From Anaerolineae bacterium (GTDB lineage: Bacteria; Chloroflexota; Anaerolineae; Aggregatilineales; Phototrophicaceae): a stretch of 50,420 nucleotides of DNA. Every line of letters starts with the position of its first letter. Position 1 is the stretch's first letter. The stretch lies in NCBI GenBank assembly GCA_026645745.1, contig JAPKMU010000001.1:1-50420 (forward strand), in the 5' to 3' direction. Below are positions 28,131 to 37,306 of the stretch, in pieces. The notes under the pieces were generated by a model, which had not been told where the DNA came from, made no database searches, and saw only the letters and a list, made by a program, of their open reading frames with translations. Both the position numbers and the translations under genes were made by a program.

Positions 28131-29429
28131 ATGATGCAGACTCTCACCAATGGTTACACTGAAAAACACGCTGCCGCACCGGATCACGACGCGGTACGTC
28201 CATTCGATCCGCATTCGGTCGGTGTGGTTGAACGGCGATCCGTCAGTTTTGACGAGACGCTTTATCTCCGCTCAGGGGATGCGCTGAACGGCTTCACAAT
28301 CGCCTATGAGACGTATGGTACGCTCAACGCCGAAAAAACCAACGCGATCCTGATCTGCCACGCACTCAGCGGGGACTCGCATGTTGCGGGCTTCTACACC
28401 GAGGATCCAGACGAACGCCCCGGTTGGTGGGATGAAGCCGTTGGACCCGGCAAGATGTTCGACACCGAACAGTTCTTTGTGATCTGCTCCAACGTGATCG
28501 GCGGGAGTCAAGGCAGTACGGGTCCCATGTCGCTTGCGCCGGACGGCAAACCGTTTGGACTGCGTTTTCCGGTTGTCACCGTTGCCGACATGGTGATGGC
28601 ACAAACCTATCTGATCAATTTTCTCGGCATCGACCGCCTATTCGCGGTCGCGGGCGGCAGCATGGGCGCGATGCAGGCGCTCCAGTGGTCGGTTGATTTT
28701 CCCGCCCGTGTCGAAAATATCCTGTTCATCGCAGGAACGCCGCAGTCGAGTGCGCAAAATATCGCATTCAACGAGATCGGGCGGCAGGCGATCTACGCCG
28801 ATCCCAATTGGAACGGCGGCGATTATTACGACGGCACGCCGCCGCGCGCAGGGCTGGCGGTCGCGCGTATGGTCGGGCACGTCACGTATATGAGCGAACA
28901 CAGCCTGAATACCAAGTTTGGTCGCAGACTGCAAGACCATTCAACCCTTCCCTACCGTTTCGATGTGCCGGAATTCCGCGTCGAAAGCTATCTCAAGCAT
29001 CAGGGCGAAAAATTCGTCGCCCGCTTTGACGCGAACACTTACTTGTACATCACGAAGGCGCTGGATTATTTCGATATTGCTGACGGTTACGGCTCAATGG
29101 AAGCCGCGCTCGAACGCACGCGGGCGCATTTCCTCGTCGTCAGCTTTTCCAGCGATTGGTTGTACACCTCCGAACAAGCGCTTGATCTCGTGATGGCGCT
29201 GGAAATCAACCGTAAGCCGGTGGATTACCATATGGTGTATGCCGATTTTGGGCATGATTCGTTTTTGGTCGAAGTCGAAACCATGACCGCGTTGATCGGT
29301 GGTTTTTTGGCTGAACGTTGGAATACGCGCCAAGATCGCGCCTTCACCCATCCATCGCCGAAGCTAACGATTGAACGCAAGCCGACAGCGGCGCAGCGCG
29401 TTCCGGTTCTGCCTTGGTTATCGTTATAA
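28131..29429 (+). CDS. metX: Homoserine O-acetyltransferase
   Basis: AYETYGTLN, CHALSGDSH, GGSMGAMQ, RFDAN, SDWLY, FGHDSFL. Confidence 0.94.
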   Translation: MMQTLTNGYTEKHAAAPDHDAVRPFDPHSVGVVERRSVSFDETLYLRSGDALNGFTIAYETYGTLNAEKTNAILICHALSGDSHVAGFYTEDPDERPGWWDEAVGPGKMFDTEQFFVICSNVIGGSQGSTGPMSLAPDGKPFGLRFPVVTVADMVMAQTYLINFLGIDRLFAVAGGSMGAMQALQWSVDFPARVENILFIAGTPQSSAQNIAFNEIGRQAIYADPNWNGGDYYDGTPPRAGLAVARMVGHVTYMSEHSLNTKFGRRLQDHSTLPYRFDVPEFRVESYLKHQGEKFVARFDANTYLYITKALDYFDIADGYGSMEAALERTRAHFLVVSFSSDWLYTSEQALDLVMALEINRKPVDYHMVYADFGHDSFLVEVETMTALIGGFLAERWNTRQDRAFTHPSPKLTIERKPTAAQRVPVLPWLSL

Positions 29430-29452
29430 ACACTCTAGGAGAGTACAAGCGT

Positions 29453-29722
29453 ATGCCGTCCATCAAGATTCCGACCCCGCTCCGCCCGTTCACAGGCGAA
29501 AAGAATGAAATCACCGTGAGCGGCGCGACCATCGGTGAAGCGCTCAACGATCTGGTGACTCAGTACCCAGAGCTGCGGGCACATTTGTTCAACGGGGATC
29601 AGCTTCGCAGCTTCGTCAATGTGTATTTGGGGGATGAAGACATTCGCTTCTTGAATGGGCTTGATACTGACTTAGACGCAAGCAGCCAACTTCGCATTAT
29701 TCCGAGCATCGCTGGAGGTTAA
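29453..29722 (+). CDS. Ubiquitin-like sulfur carrier protein (MoaD/ThiS/CysO family)
   Basis: ATG 29453 after AGGAG; IPTPLRPFT, FVNVYLGDEDIRFL, C-terminal IAGG. Confidence 0.93.
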   Translation: MPSIKIPTPLRPFTGEKNEITVSGATIGEALNDLVTQYPELRAHLFNGDQLRSFVNVYLGDEDIRFLNGLDTDLDASSQLRIIPSIAGG

Positions 29723-29725
29723 TTC

Positions 29726-30196
29726 ATGGCAGCCACACCGCCCCGCGTTGTCGATCAAACCGGCTTGAAGACCGGTCAGGCGATCACGATATTACTGCTC
29801 GCGCTCGCGTTCATTTTCGACTCAGCGGCGCTGGTGGCATTCGTCGCGTTCGCTCAGATCATGGGCGCGTTCGATTCCCCTTATGCGCCTTACCGTTTAT
29901 TCTACACACGCTTGATCAAGCCATCTGGCGTCCTCAAGCCGAACCCGATCCCCGACAATCCCGAACCGCACCGCTTCGCGCTGCTCGTCGGCGCATTGTT
30001 TAACGGCGCGGCAGTGTTGGCGATTAGCTTAGGTGCCCCTGTTGTCGGATGGGTGCTGGTGGGGATCGTATTCGTACTGGCGAACCTGAATTTCTGGCTT
30101 GGTTTCTGCGCCGGATGCTGGATGTATTACCTGTTTAACCGGATCGGCGTACCCGGCTTCACCGTGTCGCGGCTCACGGAGGGCACGCATGGTTGA
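29726..30196 (+). CDS. DUF4395-like membrane protein
   Basis: Four TM segments, EPHRFA, C-terminal FCAGCWMY (CxxC). Confidence 0.8.
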   Translation: MAATPPRVVDQTGLKTGQAITILLLALAFIFDSAALVAFVAFAQIMGAFDSPYAPYRLFYTRLIKPSGVLKPNPIPDNPEPHRFALLVGALFNGAAVLAISLGAPVVGWVLVGIVFVLANLNFWLGFCAGCWMYYLFNRIGVPGFTVSRLTEGTHG

Positions 30197-30611
30197 GCGT
30201 CTGCTAATTCTGGTGTTTCTCGGTGTATTCGCCGTTATCGCGTACAAACTGTTCACCCGCTGGCAGGTGATCCGCGCCAACAAGCTCATCAGCGCCGTTG
30301 ATCCGGTACTGCGCGATTTCCGCAAGGGTACGCCCGCCGTACTGCTGTTTACGACGCCCTTCTGCGCGCCGTGCAAATCGATTGTGCTGCCAGCACTGGA
30401 GCGGCTTCAGCGCGAAATGGGCGACCGTCTGCAAGTCCTTCAGATCGACGCGTGCGAACGTCCTGAAGATGCCGACCGTTGGGGCGTTTTGAGTGCCCCA
30501 ACGACGTTTATTTTGGATGCCAGCGGCAGCACACGCGCGGTCAATCACGGTGTCGCGGATTACCCGCTTTTGAAGCGCCAACTGGGTACACTCGATAGTT
30601 CAGTCAGATAG
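30189..30611 (+). CDS. Membrane-anchored thioredoxin-family protein
   Basis: ATG 30189 overlapping the upstream gene end; N-terminal TM; FTTPFCAPCK, SAPTTFI. Confidence 0.88.
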   Translation: MVERLLILVFLGVFAVIAYKLFTRWQVIRANKLISAVDPVLRDFRKGTPAVLLFTTPFCAPCKSIVLPALERLQREMGDRLQVLQIDACERPEDADRWGVLSAPTTFILDASGSTRAVNHGVADYPLLKRQLGTLDSSVR

Positions 30612-30621
30612 AGGACAACAC

Positions 30622-31857
30622 ATGCAGCCCTTGATCCATCAATTAGGTGATCTGAGCAAGGACGAAATCCGGCGCTACGGGCGTCACGTGATCATGCCGG
30701 AACTCGGCATCGACGGTCAGCGCCGCTTGAAAGCCTCCAGCGTCCTGCTGATCGGCACGGGCGGCTTGGGCAGTCCGCTGGCGCTTTACTTGACCGCCGC
30801 CGGCGTTGGGCGCATCGGTTTAGTCGATTACGACACGGTTGACGATACCAACCTTCAGCGCCAGATCGTTCACGGTCAAAGTACGATTGGCGTGCTGAAG
30901 GTCGAAAGTGCAAAACAACGCATGCTCGATCTGAATCCTTCGGTGCAGATCGACACCTATAACGTGCCGCTCACCAGCGAAAACGCGCTCGAAATCATTG
31001 CACCTTACGATGTCATCATCGACGGAACGGACAACTTCCCCACGCGCTATCTCGTCAACGATGCGTGTGTCAAGCTCGGTAAACCGAATGTTTACGGGAG
31101 CGTCCTGCGCTTTGAGGGTCAGTTGAGCGTATTCTATGCCAAAGAAGGACCGTGCTACCGCTGCATGTTCCCTGAACCTCCGCCGCCGGGACTTGTCCCC
31201 AACTGCGCCGAAGCGGGCGTACTCGGCGTACTTCCGGGCGTGATCGGCACGCTGCAAGCGACCGAAGCGATCAAACTGCTTGCCGGAATTGGCGATCCGA
31301 TGGTTGGGCGTATGCTCCTGTATGATGCGCTTGAAATGAGCTTCACCACCATCAAAATTCGCAAGAACCCGACATGCCCCGTGTGCAGCATTCCGGCGGA
31401 TCAAGTCGAATTGATCGATTACGAGCAGTTCTGCGGCGTCCCCGCGCATGATCACATCGAAGAAGAAGTCGCGGACGGCGATCTTCCTGTCCTGCAAATC
31501 ACCCCGGTTGATCTTAAAGCGCGCATCGACAGCGGCGAGAATGTCTACCTGCTCGATGTCCGCAATCCGCCAGAATTCGAGGTCGCCATCATTGATGGTG
31601 TGGTCAAACTGCCAAAACCGCAGATCGAGCAAGCTGCCGACGCGGTTTTGAGCGGGCGCGCAGCTTTAGACAGCACCGTGATCGGGCAAATTCCGAAAGA
31701 CCGCGAAATCGTCGTGATCTGCCGCTCCGGGGTACGCTCGACTGATGTCATCTACCTGCTGCGCGAATTCGGTTACGATCCGCGTAAGCTGATCAACTTG
31801 GATGGCGGCATCCTCGCATGGGCGGATACCGTCGATCCGACAATGGCAGTGTACTAG
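30622..31857 (+). CDS. moeB: ThiF/MoeB-family adenylyltransferase with C-terminal rhodanese (MoeZ-like)
   Basis: RYGRH, IGTGGLGSP, DDTNLQRQ, DGTDNF, CYRC..CPVC, rhodanese CRSGVRS and GGILAW. Confidence 0.92.
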   Translation: MQPLIHQLGDLSKDEIRRYGRHVIMPELGIDGQRRLKASSVLLIGTGGLGSPLALYLTAAGVGRIGLVDYDTVDDTNLQRQIVHGQSTIGVLKVESAKQRMLDLNPSVQIDTYNVPLTSENALEIIAPYDVIIDGTDNFPTRYLVNDACVKLGKPNVYGSVLRFEGQLSVFYAKEGPCYRCMFPEPPPPGLVPNCAEAGVLGVLPGVIGTLQATEAIKLLAGIGDPMVGRMLLYDALEMSFTTIKIRKNPTCPVCSIPADQVELIDYEQFCGVPAHDHIEEEVADGDLPVLQITPVDLKARIDSGENVYLLDVRNPPEFEVAIIDGVVKLPKPQIEQAADAVLSGRAALDSTVIGQIPKDREIVVICRSGVRSTDVIYLLREFGYDPRKLINLDGGILAWADTVDPTMAVY

Positions 31858-31868
31858 AGTGACTTGTG

Positions 31869-32105
31869 TTATGCAGGGGCAGTCACAGCGGCAAGAATGG
31901 CGGACATAATCCCCAGAATGCCGAGCAAGATCAAGAAATAGCCGCCGCGTGATAGGTTGCGTTTCCATGCCACCTCATCCCCGGCGGCTTTGCCCCGCAT
32001 TTCCGAGCGCCGCACATGGGCTGCCCACAGCGTCTCCCGCTGGAGTATGGCAAATGCCCCGATCACCAACAGCACAATCGAACTAAGCACCAAGAGAATG
32101 TTCAT
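31869..32105 (-). CDS. Small two-TM membrane protein
   Basis: MNILLVLSSIVLLVIGAFAI...GGYFLILLGILGIMSAIL; start trimmed to ATG 32105 to avoid the divergent gene. Confidence 0.6.
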   Translation of the reverse strand: MNILLVLSSIVLLVIGAFAILQRETLWAAHVRRSEMRGKAAGDEVAWKRNLSRGGYFLILLGILGIMSAILAAVTAPA

Positions 32106-32247
32106 CTTCTGTGTCCATGTATAAAAGCGTCGTAAAAGCGGCGGTGAATCAACTTGAGCGCGCACCCACCGCGTGATCTGCAAACCGCAAAACTCAGCGT
32201 ATGATAAAGATGCGCGTTGAGGATACACAGCCCATTGAGGATATACC

Positions 32248-33591
32248 ATGATTCTTTTGCGTAAAATTGCGGTATTCGCGCTCCTGCTTCTGACGCTTTC
32301 GCTCGTAGTACCAAGCGGCATTCAAGCACAGGCGGCGGAATGGCAGTTGGTCAGCGACCTTGATCCCACATTTGCTGTAGAGTGGATTCAAGTCGTCTAC
32401 GATGCAAATATGCGTGAAGCCACGAACCCGCCGAATGCCGCGCGCATCTACGGATATGCGGGGGTGACGATTTATGAGTCGCTGTTCCCCGGAATGCCGT
32501 TTAACCGTTCGTTCGTCGGTCAGCTTAACGGACTTCGTGATCTTCCCTATCCAGACGAATCACGCATGTATGATTGGCAGGTCGTCACCGCCGCAGCCAT
32601 GCAAACCGTCCTTTCTAAGCTGTTTCAGGGTGCAAGCGAAGAAACACTAACATCATTCGTTGATCTCATGGAAGCGCACGCCGAACAGCGCCGCGAAGCA
32701 GGCATTGACGAAACCGTGATCGAAGATTCACTCAGTTTCGGCGCGGAGTTCGGTCAGGGGATGCTCGAATGGATCAGCAATGATAATTATGAAGATACCC
32801 GTGCCCGCACCGCCGAATATGAAATCCCATCGGGTGAGCCGTATCTGTGGATTCCAACGACCGAAGGCACAACCGCCGTCGAGCCGCTGTGGGGGGAAAT
32901 TCGCCCGTTCGCGCTCAGTTATGCGGGCGAATGCAGCGTCGAGATGAACTACACTTTCAGCACAGACGAAGACTCGGCATTCTATCAGCAAGCAGTCGAA
33001 GTGATGGAGTTGAATGATAACAGCACACCGGAACAGCGCGACACGGCGTTCTGGTGGGTGGATACCCCCGGTCTAACTGGTGCGCCATCTGGTCACTGGA
33101 TGCTGATTGGCAGCCAAATGGTCGATCATCTTCAGCTTGATCTGGAACGTACAGCCGAGATGTACGCGCTCCTAGGCATCAGTGTCGCGGATTCGTTCAT
33201 TTCATGTTGGGAAACCAAGTATCGCGTGAATTTGGTTCGCCCTGTCACGTATATTCAGGAAAACATCAACCGCCGCTGGATTCCGTTTGTTGAAACCCCA
33301 CCGTTCCCCGAATATCCATCCGGGCACAGTGTGGTGAGCGGTGCAGCCGCCGATACCCTGACTGCCCTGTTTGGTCAGGTGGTGTTTACGGACACCACAA
33401 ATACTTTCCTCGGATTGCGCGAGCGTACTTTCTACTCGTTTGAACAAGCAGCAACCGAAGCGGCGATGTCGCGCATTTACGGCGGGATTCATTTCCGCGC
33501 TGCCATCGAAAACGGCGTGCGCCAAGGGCGCTGTGTTTCCGAGCGCATTATGGAGTCAATCGTCTTGAACCCCATTCGTCAGGGCGATTAA
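32248..33591 (+). CDS. Secreted vanadium-dependent haloperoxidase / PAP2-superfamily protein
   Basis: Signal peptide; KYRVNLVRP, PPFPEYPSGHS and SRIYGGIHF vanadate/phosphate-binding motifs. Confidence 0.9.
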   Translation: MILLRKIAVFALLLLTLSLVVPSGIQAQAAEWQLVSDLDPTFAVEWIQVVYDANMREATNPPNAARIYGYAGVTIYESLFPGMPFNRSFVGQLNGLRDLPYPDESRMYDWQVVTAAAMQTVLSKLFQGASEETLTSFVDLMEAHAEQRREAGIDETVIEDSLSFGAEFGQGMLEWISNDNYEDTRARTAEYEIPSGEPYLWIPTTEGTTAVEPLWGEIRPFALSYAGECSVEMNYTFSTDEDSAFYQQAVEVMELNDNSTPEQRDTAFWWVDTPGLTGAPSGHWMLIGSQMVDHLQLDLERTAEMYALLGISVADSFISCWETKYRVNLVRPVTYIQENINRRWIPFVETPPFPEYPSGHSVVSGAAADTLTALFGQVVFTDTTNTFLGLRERTFYSFEQAATEAAMSRIYGGIHFRAAIENGVRQGRCVSERIMESIVLNPIRQGD

Positions 33592-33600
33592 CCTTCAGTT

Positions 33601-33628
33601 TAGGGGATAGGGTGTGCCCTATCCCCTA
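33601..33628. terminator. Strong hairpin after the haloperoxidase gene (terminator or REP-like)
   Basis: TAGGGGATAGGG-TGTG-CCCTATCCCCTA, perfect 12-bp stem. Confidence 0.55.
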
Positions 33629-33776
33629 CATGAAACCCCGTACGTTAGCTGTAACATCTCCAGAAATGTTTTACATTTGTTACAATAGAAAATTTACATC
33701 TTTCCTTGAGACTATACGAGAAACCCTGTGGTATTGTTAAGATACGGTTTGCAAATTCATTACATCTGGAGTCAAA

Positions 33777-34478
33777 ATGCAGGTACTCCTCCTCTCGCGG
33801 GGCGATGCGGCGGCAAAAGATTTACTTAGGCGTGTGCTTGCTGCACGCTATGGTTTCGGCGCTCCCGCACTTGACTCGATGATACTATCGCTCAAAGGTC
33901 GTGCGCGGACGAAAATCGCGCGCATCCTTACATGGGTTCCACTGGAAACCTGTGTGTACTTTCAGACGCCTATGTGCGCGCGATGGGAATACAGCATTCG
34001 CCCCGTAGGACTGCCAATCAGTATTGGCGTCCATGCGTACGATGGAGCGCTGTACCGCAGGAAACAAGGGGATCACGTCGAAGTCCACCACCCCCCCGCA
34101 GTTCATGAAGCCATGCGTGATCGGGTATGGGTAAGCACGCTGATGATGCTTTCGCCGCTGGTTCGACCTGAAGTCGAGATCAGGCGCGACGGGGATCGTG
34201 TTTTGACGGCTTCCCGGATCGATACAGGAACATGCGTGACGATGTTCTTCAATGACGACTACACGCTAGATCATCTGGAATTCCAAACGCTGGATATCGA
34301 CGCGAACGAAACCAAGCTTTACCGGCTCAGATTTAGCCGTCAGCAAACGGACGTCGGCGGGATCATTCTGCCGAGCGTAATCACCATGCTGTGGGGCGAA
34401 GAACCTCGGTACGAACTCTCGCCCGTCTCGGTGGAGATTAATCCAACGATTGACGACGAGAAATTTCAAATGAACTGA
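33777..34478 (+). CDS. Hypothetical protein (beta-rich)
   Basis: 233-aa ORF with GGAG SD; no motif recognised with confidence. Confidence 0.7.
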   Translation: MQVLLLSRGDAAAKDLLRRVLAARYGFGAPALDSMILSLKGRARTKIARILTWVPLETCVYFQTPMCARWEYSIRPVGLPISIGVHAYDGALYRRKQGDHVEVHHPPAVHEAMRDRVWVSTLMMLSPLVRPEVEIRRDGDRVLTASRIDTGTCVTMFFNDDYTLDHLEFQTLDIDANETKLYRLRFSRQQTDVGGIILPSVITMLWGEEPRYELSPVSVEINPTIDDEKFQMN

Positions 34479-34484
34479 GTGACC

Positions 34485-35003
34485 CTAGATTCTGTAACGG
34501 TCTGGCATCGGTTCTTCGGTCGTTTCGACGATTGCAAACCCCCGCTTCAAATAGTTCGGGAGCGCGGAGTCGCTGTCAAGGTTACAGGTGTGAACGCAGA
34601 TTTTCGGCGCGCCTTCACGCCATGCCTCAGCAATTGCCGCGCTCAATAGATGTTTTCCGCATCCGTTCCCATGAAACGACGGAAACACGCCGATATACTC
34701 GATCTGAGCGTGATCCGCGTAAAATCCCAATTCGACATAACCCGCCACCTCACCTGATACCCGCAGCACGTAAACGCGGATATGCGGCGCATTGATCGCC
34801 TCGTGCAGTTGAACGTCGCTCATCAAGCGGCGGTCGCGCCACCCATACGTCTCCCCCACCGTGTTATACAGCATTCGGTAAAACGAAACTTCGGGGGAAA
34901 TCAACCGCTCAAGCGTGATCGCCGAGTTCTCAACATACGCGGGTTGGAAGTGAGCGGAATCGGTCATTTCCAAATAATACGTGATCAACGTGTCGGGAAG
35001 CAT
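34485..35003 (-). CDS. GNAT-family N-acetyltransferase
   Basis: ITYYLEM, FYRMLYNTVG..YGW.DR, YIGV..FHGNGCGKHLL, VHTCNLD..ALPNYLKRGF. Confidence 0.88.
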   Translation of the reverse strand: MLPDTLITYYLEMTDSAHFQPAYVENSAITLERLISPEVSFYRMLYNTVGETYGWRDRRLMSDVQLHEAINAPHIRVYVLRVSGEVAGYVELGFYADHAQIEYIGVFPSFHGNGCGKHLLSAAIAEAWREGAPKICVHTCNLDSDSALPNYLKRGFAIVETTEEPMPDRYRI

Positions 35004-35113
35004 GTGCCACACTCTCACACTGACGTGCCAAATCCGTATAATGACGATGAATGATGCAGGAGTACTGCCGAACGCGCAAGAGCGTTTTGGTGGTGCTGGA
35101 GAAGGATCATCTG

Positions 35114-35791
35114 ATGCGGATTGTGCTGTTCGGTGACAGCTTAACATGGGGCGGCTACGGCGGCAGTTATGCCGCTGAACTGGCACGCTTGATGCCGGAA
35201 CATACCTTGATCAACGCGGGCGAAGGTGGAAACACGGTACTCAACCTGCTGCGCCGCTTTGAGCGCGATGTCCTTAGCCACAACCCAGATGGTGTGTTTA
35301 TCATGGTGGGCGGCAATGACGCGATCTCATTTCATCAGCCCGCCACGCGCTCGTATTACACCCGCGTACAAAAGATCGATGACGGGTTCGTCACGCCCGA
35401 CCAGTTTGAAACCGCTTACCGCGACCTGCTCACCCGGTGTCATCTCGCGCATTTGCTGACTTGGGTCGGACTCGAACCGATCGAGTATTCGCCCGCGTTG
35501 GTCGCAGCGATGCACGATTACAATTCACGCGCTGCCGATGCTGCCCGCGCACTCAACGTCCCCACGCTTGATCTGCTGCAAGCGATGGTCAAACCGGATG
35601 CGCTCCGCGACCGCGACCCGATCACGATTGATTTCATCCTCACCATCGGTCAGCGCGAGAAACAGGGATGGACAGACTACGAACGGGTGCGACAGCGCGA
35701 CGGGTTCACCTACACCTTTGACGGCGTGCATGTCACCCCAGAGGGAGCGATCAACATGGCGCAGCATATCGCCGCTTTCATCAAACACTAG
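35114..35791 (+). CDS. SGNH/GDSL hydrolase
   Basis: FGDSLT, NAGEGG, GGND, DGVH. Confidence 0.92.
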   Translation: MRIVLFGDSLTWGGYGGSYAAELARLMPEHTLINAGEGGNTVLNLLRRFERDVLSHNPDGVFIMVGGNDAISFHQPATRSYYTRVQKIDDGFVTPDQFETAYRDLLTRCHLAHLLTWVGLEPIEYSPALVAAMHDYNSRAADAARALNVPTLDLLQAMVKPDALRDRDPITIDFILTIGQREKQGWTDYERVRQRDGFTYTFDGVHVTPEGAINMAQHIAAFIKH

Positions 35792-35802
35792 GAGCACGCA
35801 TC

Positions 35803-36684
35803 GTGAAAAACTTTATTGCCCGCTGGAAGTCGATGCCGGGGTCGGCACGTCTGCGCATGCAGGTGCTGTTTTTGCTCATCGTTTTGGCAAGCGGTTTCTC
35901 CGCCGTTTCGCTGCTTCGCTCCGGTGATTGGACGGGGTTTTTCGCCAACATGGGATCAGAACTCGGCGGCGCGGCGATCACGTTCGTGCTGCTCGATCAA
36001 CTGCTGCATAATCGTGAACGCCGCGAAGAAATCGCCCAAGAAGAAGCAGAAACCAAGCGCAGCTTGATCGACCGGATGGGCAGCGAAGTCCGCGAAGTTG
36101 CCGCCCCCGCCGCCGATGAACTCCGCCGTCATGGGTGGCTCACGGATGGGTCGCTCTCAAACGCGCTGTTTCGCCGCGCCAATTTGGAAAAGGTCAACCT
36201 GTCGAATGCTGATCTTCGGGGTGCAAATTTCCATCGCGCACGTCTCGCTGAAGCAGACCTTTGGCGCGCCAATCTCGCCCAGTGTGATATGGGCGGCGCG
36301 TGGTTGAACAACGCCCGCTTGTGGGATGCTAACCTCGAAGGCGTGAATTTGTGGCAGGCACGGATGCAAAGCGCCGATCTCCGCCGCGCCAACTGCGAAA
36401 ACGCGCTCCTCAACGAAGCGAAACTCGACGAAGCCGACTTGCGCGAAACGAATTTCAAAGGCGCAAACTTCAAAGATGCCCGCCTAACTGGCGCAAACTT
36501 CCACGAAGCAATCTTAACGGGGTGCGACTTCACAGGCGCTGACCTCAGTGGTGTCAATCTTCGCGGCGCGATCCTTCGCCGCGCTGTATTTGATAATGCC
36601 GTCTTCGATGGGCGGACTCTGCTTCCGGACGGGAAATATTGGACGCCCAACCGTGATCTAGCTGGCTATCTGGACGACGAATAA
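35803..36684 (+). CDS. Membrane-anchored pentapeptide-repeat protein
   Basis: Two N-terminal TM helices, a long A(D/N)LxX repeat array, C-terminal LPDGKYWTP. Confidence 0.9.
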   Translation: MKNFIARWKSMPGSARLRMQVLFLLIVLASGFSAVSLLRSGDWTGFFANMGSELGGAAITFVLLDQLLHNRERREEIAQEEAETKRSLIDRMGSEVREVAAPAADELRRHGWLTDGSLSNALFRRANLEKVNLSNADLRGANFHRARLAEADLWRANLAQCDMGGAWLNNARLWDANLEGVNLWQARMQSADLRRANCENALLNEAKLDEADLRETNFKGANFKDARLTGANFHEAILTGCDFTGADLSGVNLRGAILRRAVFDNAVFDGRTLLPDGKYWTPNRDLAGYLDDE

Positions 36685-36687
36685 ACG

Positions 36688-36921
36688 TTAGCTCCGGCGT
36701 TCGTTCCCACGTTTGAAATTCCCCGTCGCTTTTGCCATCACAAGCTGCGCATCGACGCCAGTTAATCCGTCGATGCGCTCCAGAAACTTCGCTGCATCCT
36801 TGCCCGCCAGCGTCTTGACGTGTTTCCCGTGCCATGTGATGAATATGCGCCCATCTTTCATCGCCTGATAGGCGAAAATGTCGTCTTGCAGCACGCCGCG
36901 TTTGTCGATCTCGTCGCTCAT
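36688..36921 (-). CDS. Small hypothetical protein ending in AKATGNFKRGNER
   Basis: ATG 36921 after AGGGG; 77 aa; resembles a small conserved family (recalled, not searched). Confidence 0.75.
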   Translation of the reverse strand: MSDEIDKRGVLQDDIFAYQAMKDGRIFITWHGKHVKTLAGKDAAKFLERIDGLTGVDAQLVMAKATGNFKRGNERRS

Positions 36922-37021
36922 AATCCCCTGAATTCTGGTGGAGTGTTCAAAACATCGCAACATCCGACTCGGTCGATACGTATAACACCATGAATACAAC
37001 GAGACTGTCAAGGAGACAACC

Positions 37022-37189
37022 ATGGGCTGTTTACGCGCGCTTCTGTGTATCATCTTCCCGCCGCTGGCGGTGGTTGATCGCGGCTGCGGTACGGTGATCA
37101 TCGTGCTGGCGCTCACAATCGCGGGATGGGTTCCCGGAGCAATCGCCGCCCTGATTTTGAACTTCGTGGCGGTGCAGGACAAGAACTGA
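37022..37189 (+). CDS. YqaE/Pmp3-family small membrane proteolipid (55 aa, below the ORF-track cutoff)
   Basis: AAGGAG SD; MGCLRALLCIIFPPLAVVDRGCGTVIIVLALTIAGWVPGAIAALILNFVAVQDKN with PPLAV and GWVPG signatures. Confidence 0.9.
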   Translation: MGCLRALLCIIFPPLAVVDRGCGTVIIVLALTIAGWVPGAIAALILNFVAVQDKN

Positions 37190-37306
37190 TCGCCCCTAAT
37201 TCATGGGCTGCACTTGCCCAACCCAAATGCGGCATTATGATGATGCGGGGCGTCTATCACGACGCCCCACGCATCGCATTGAGGACAAAAGGGCAGCACA
37301 CGAACC

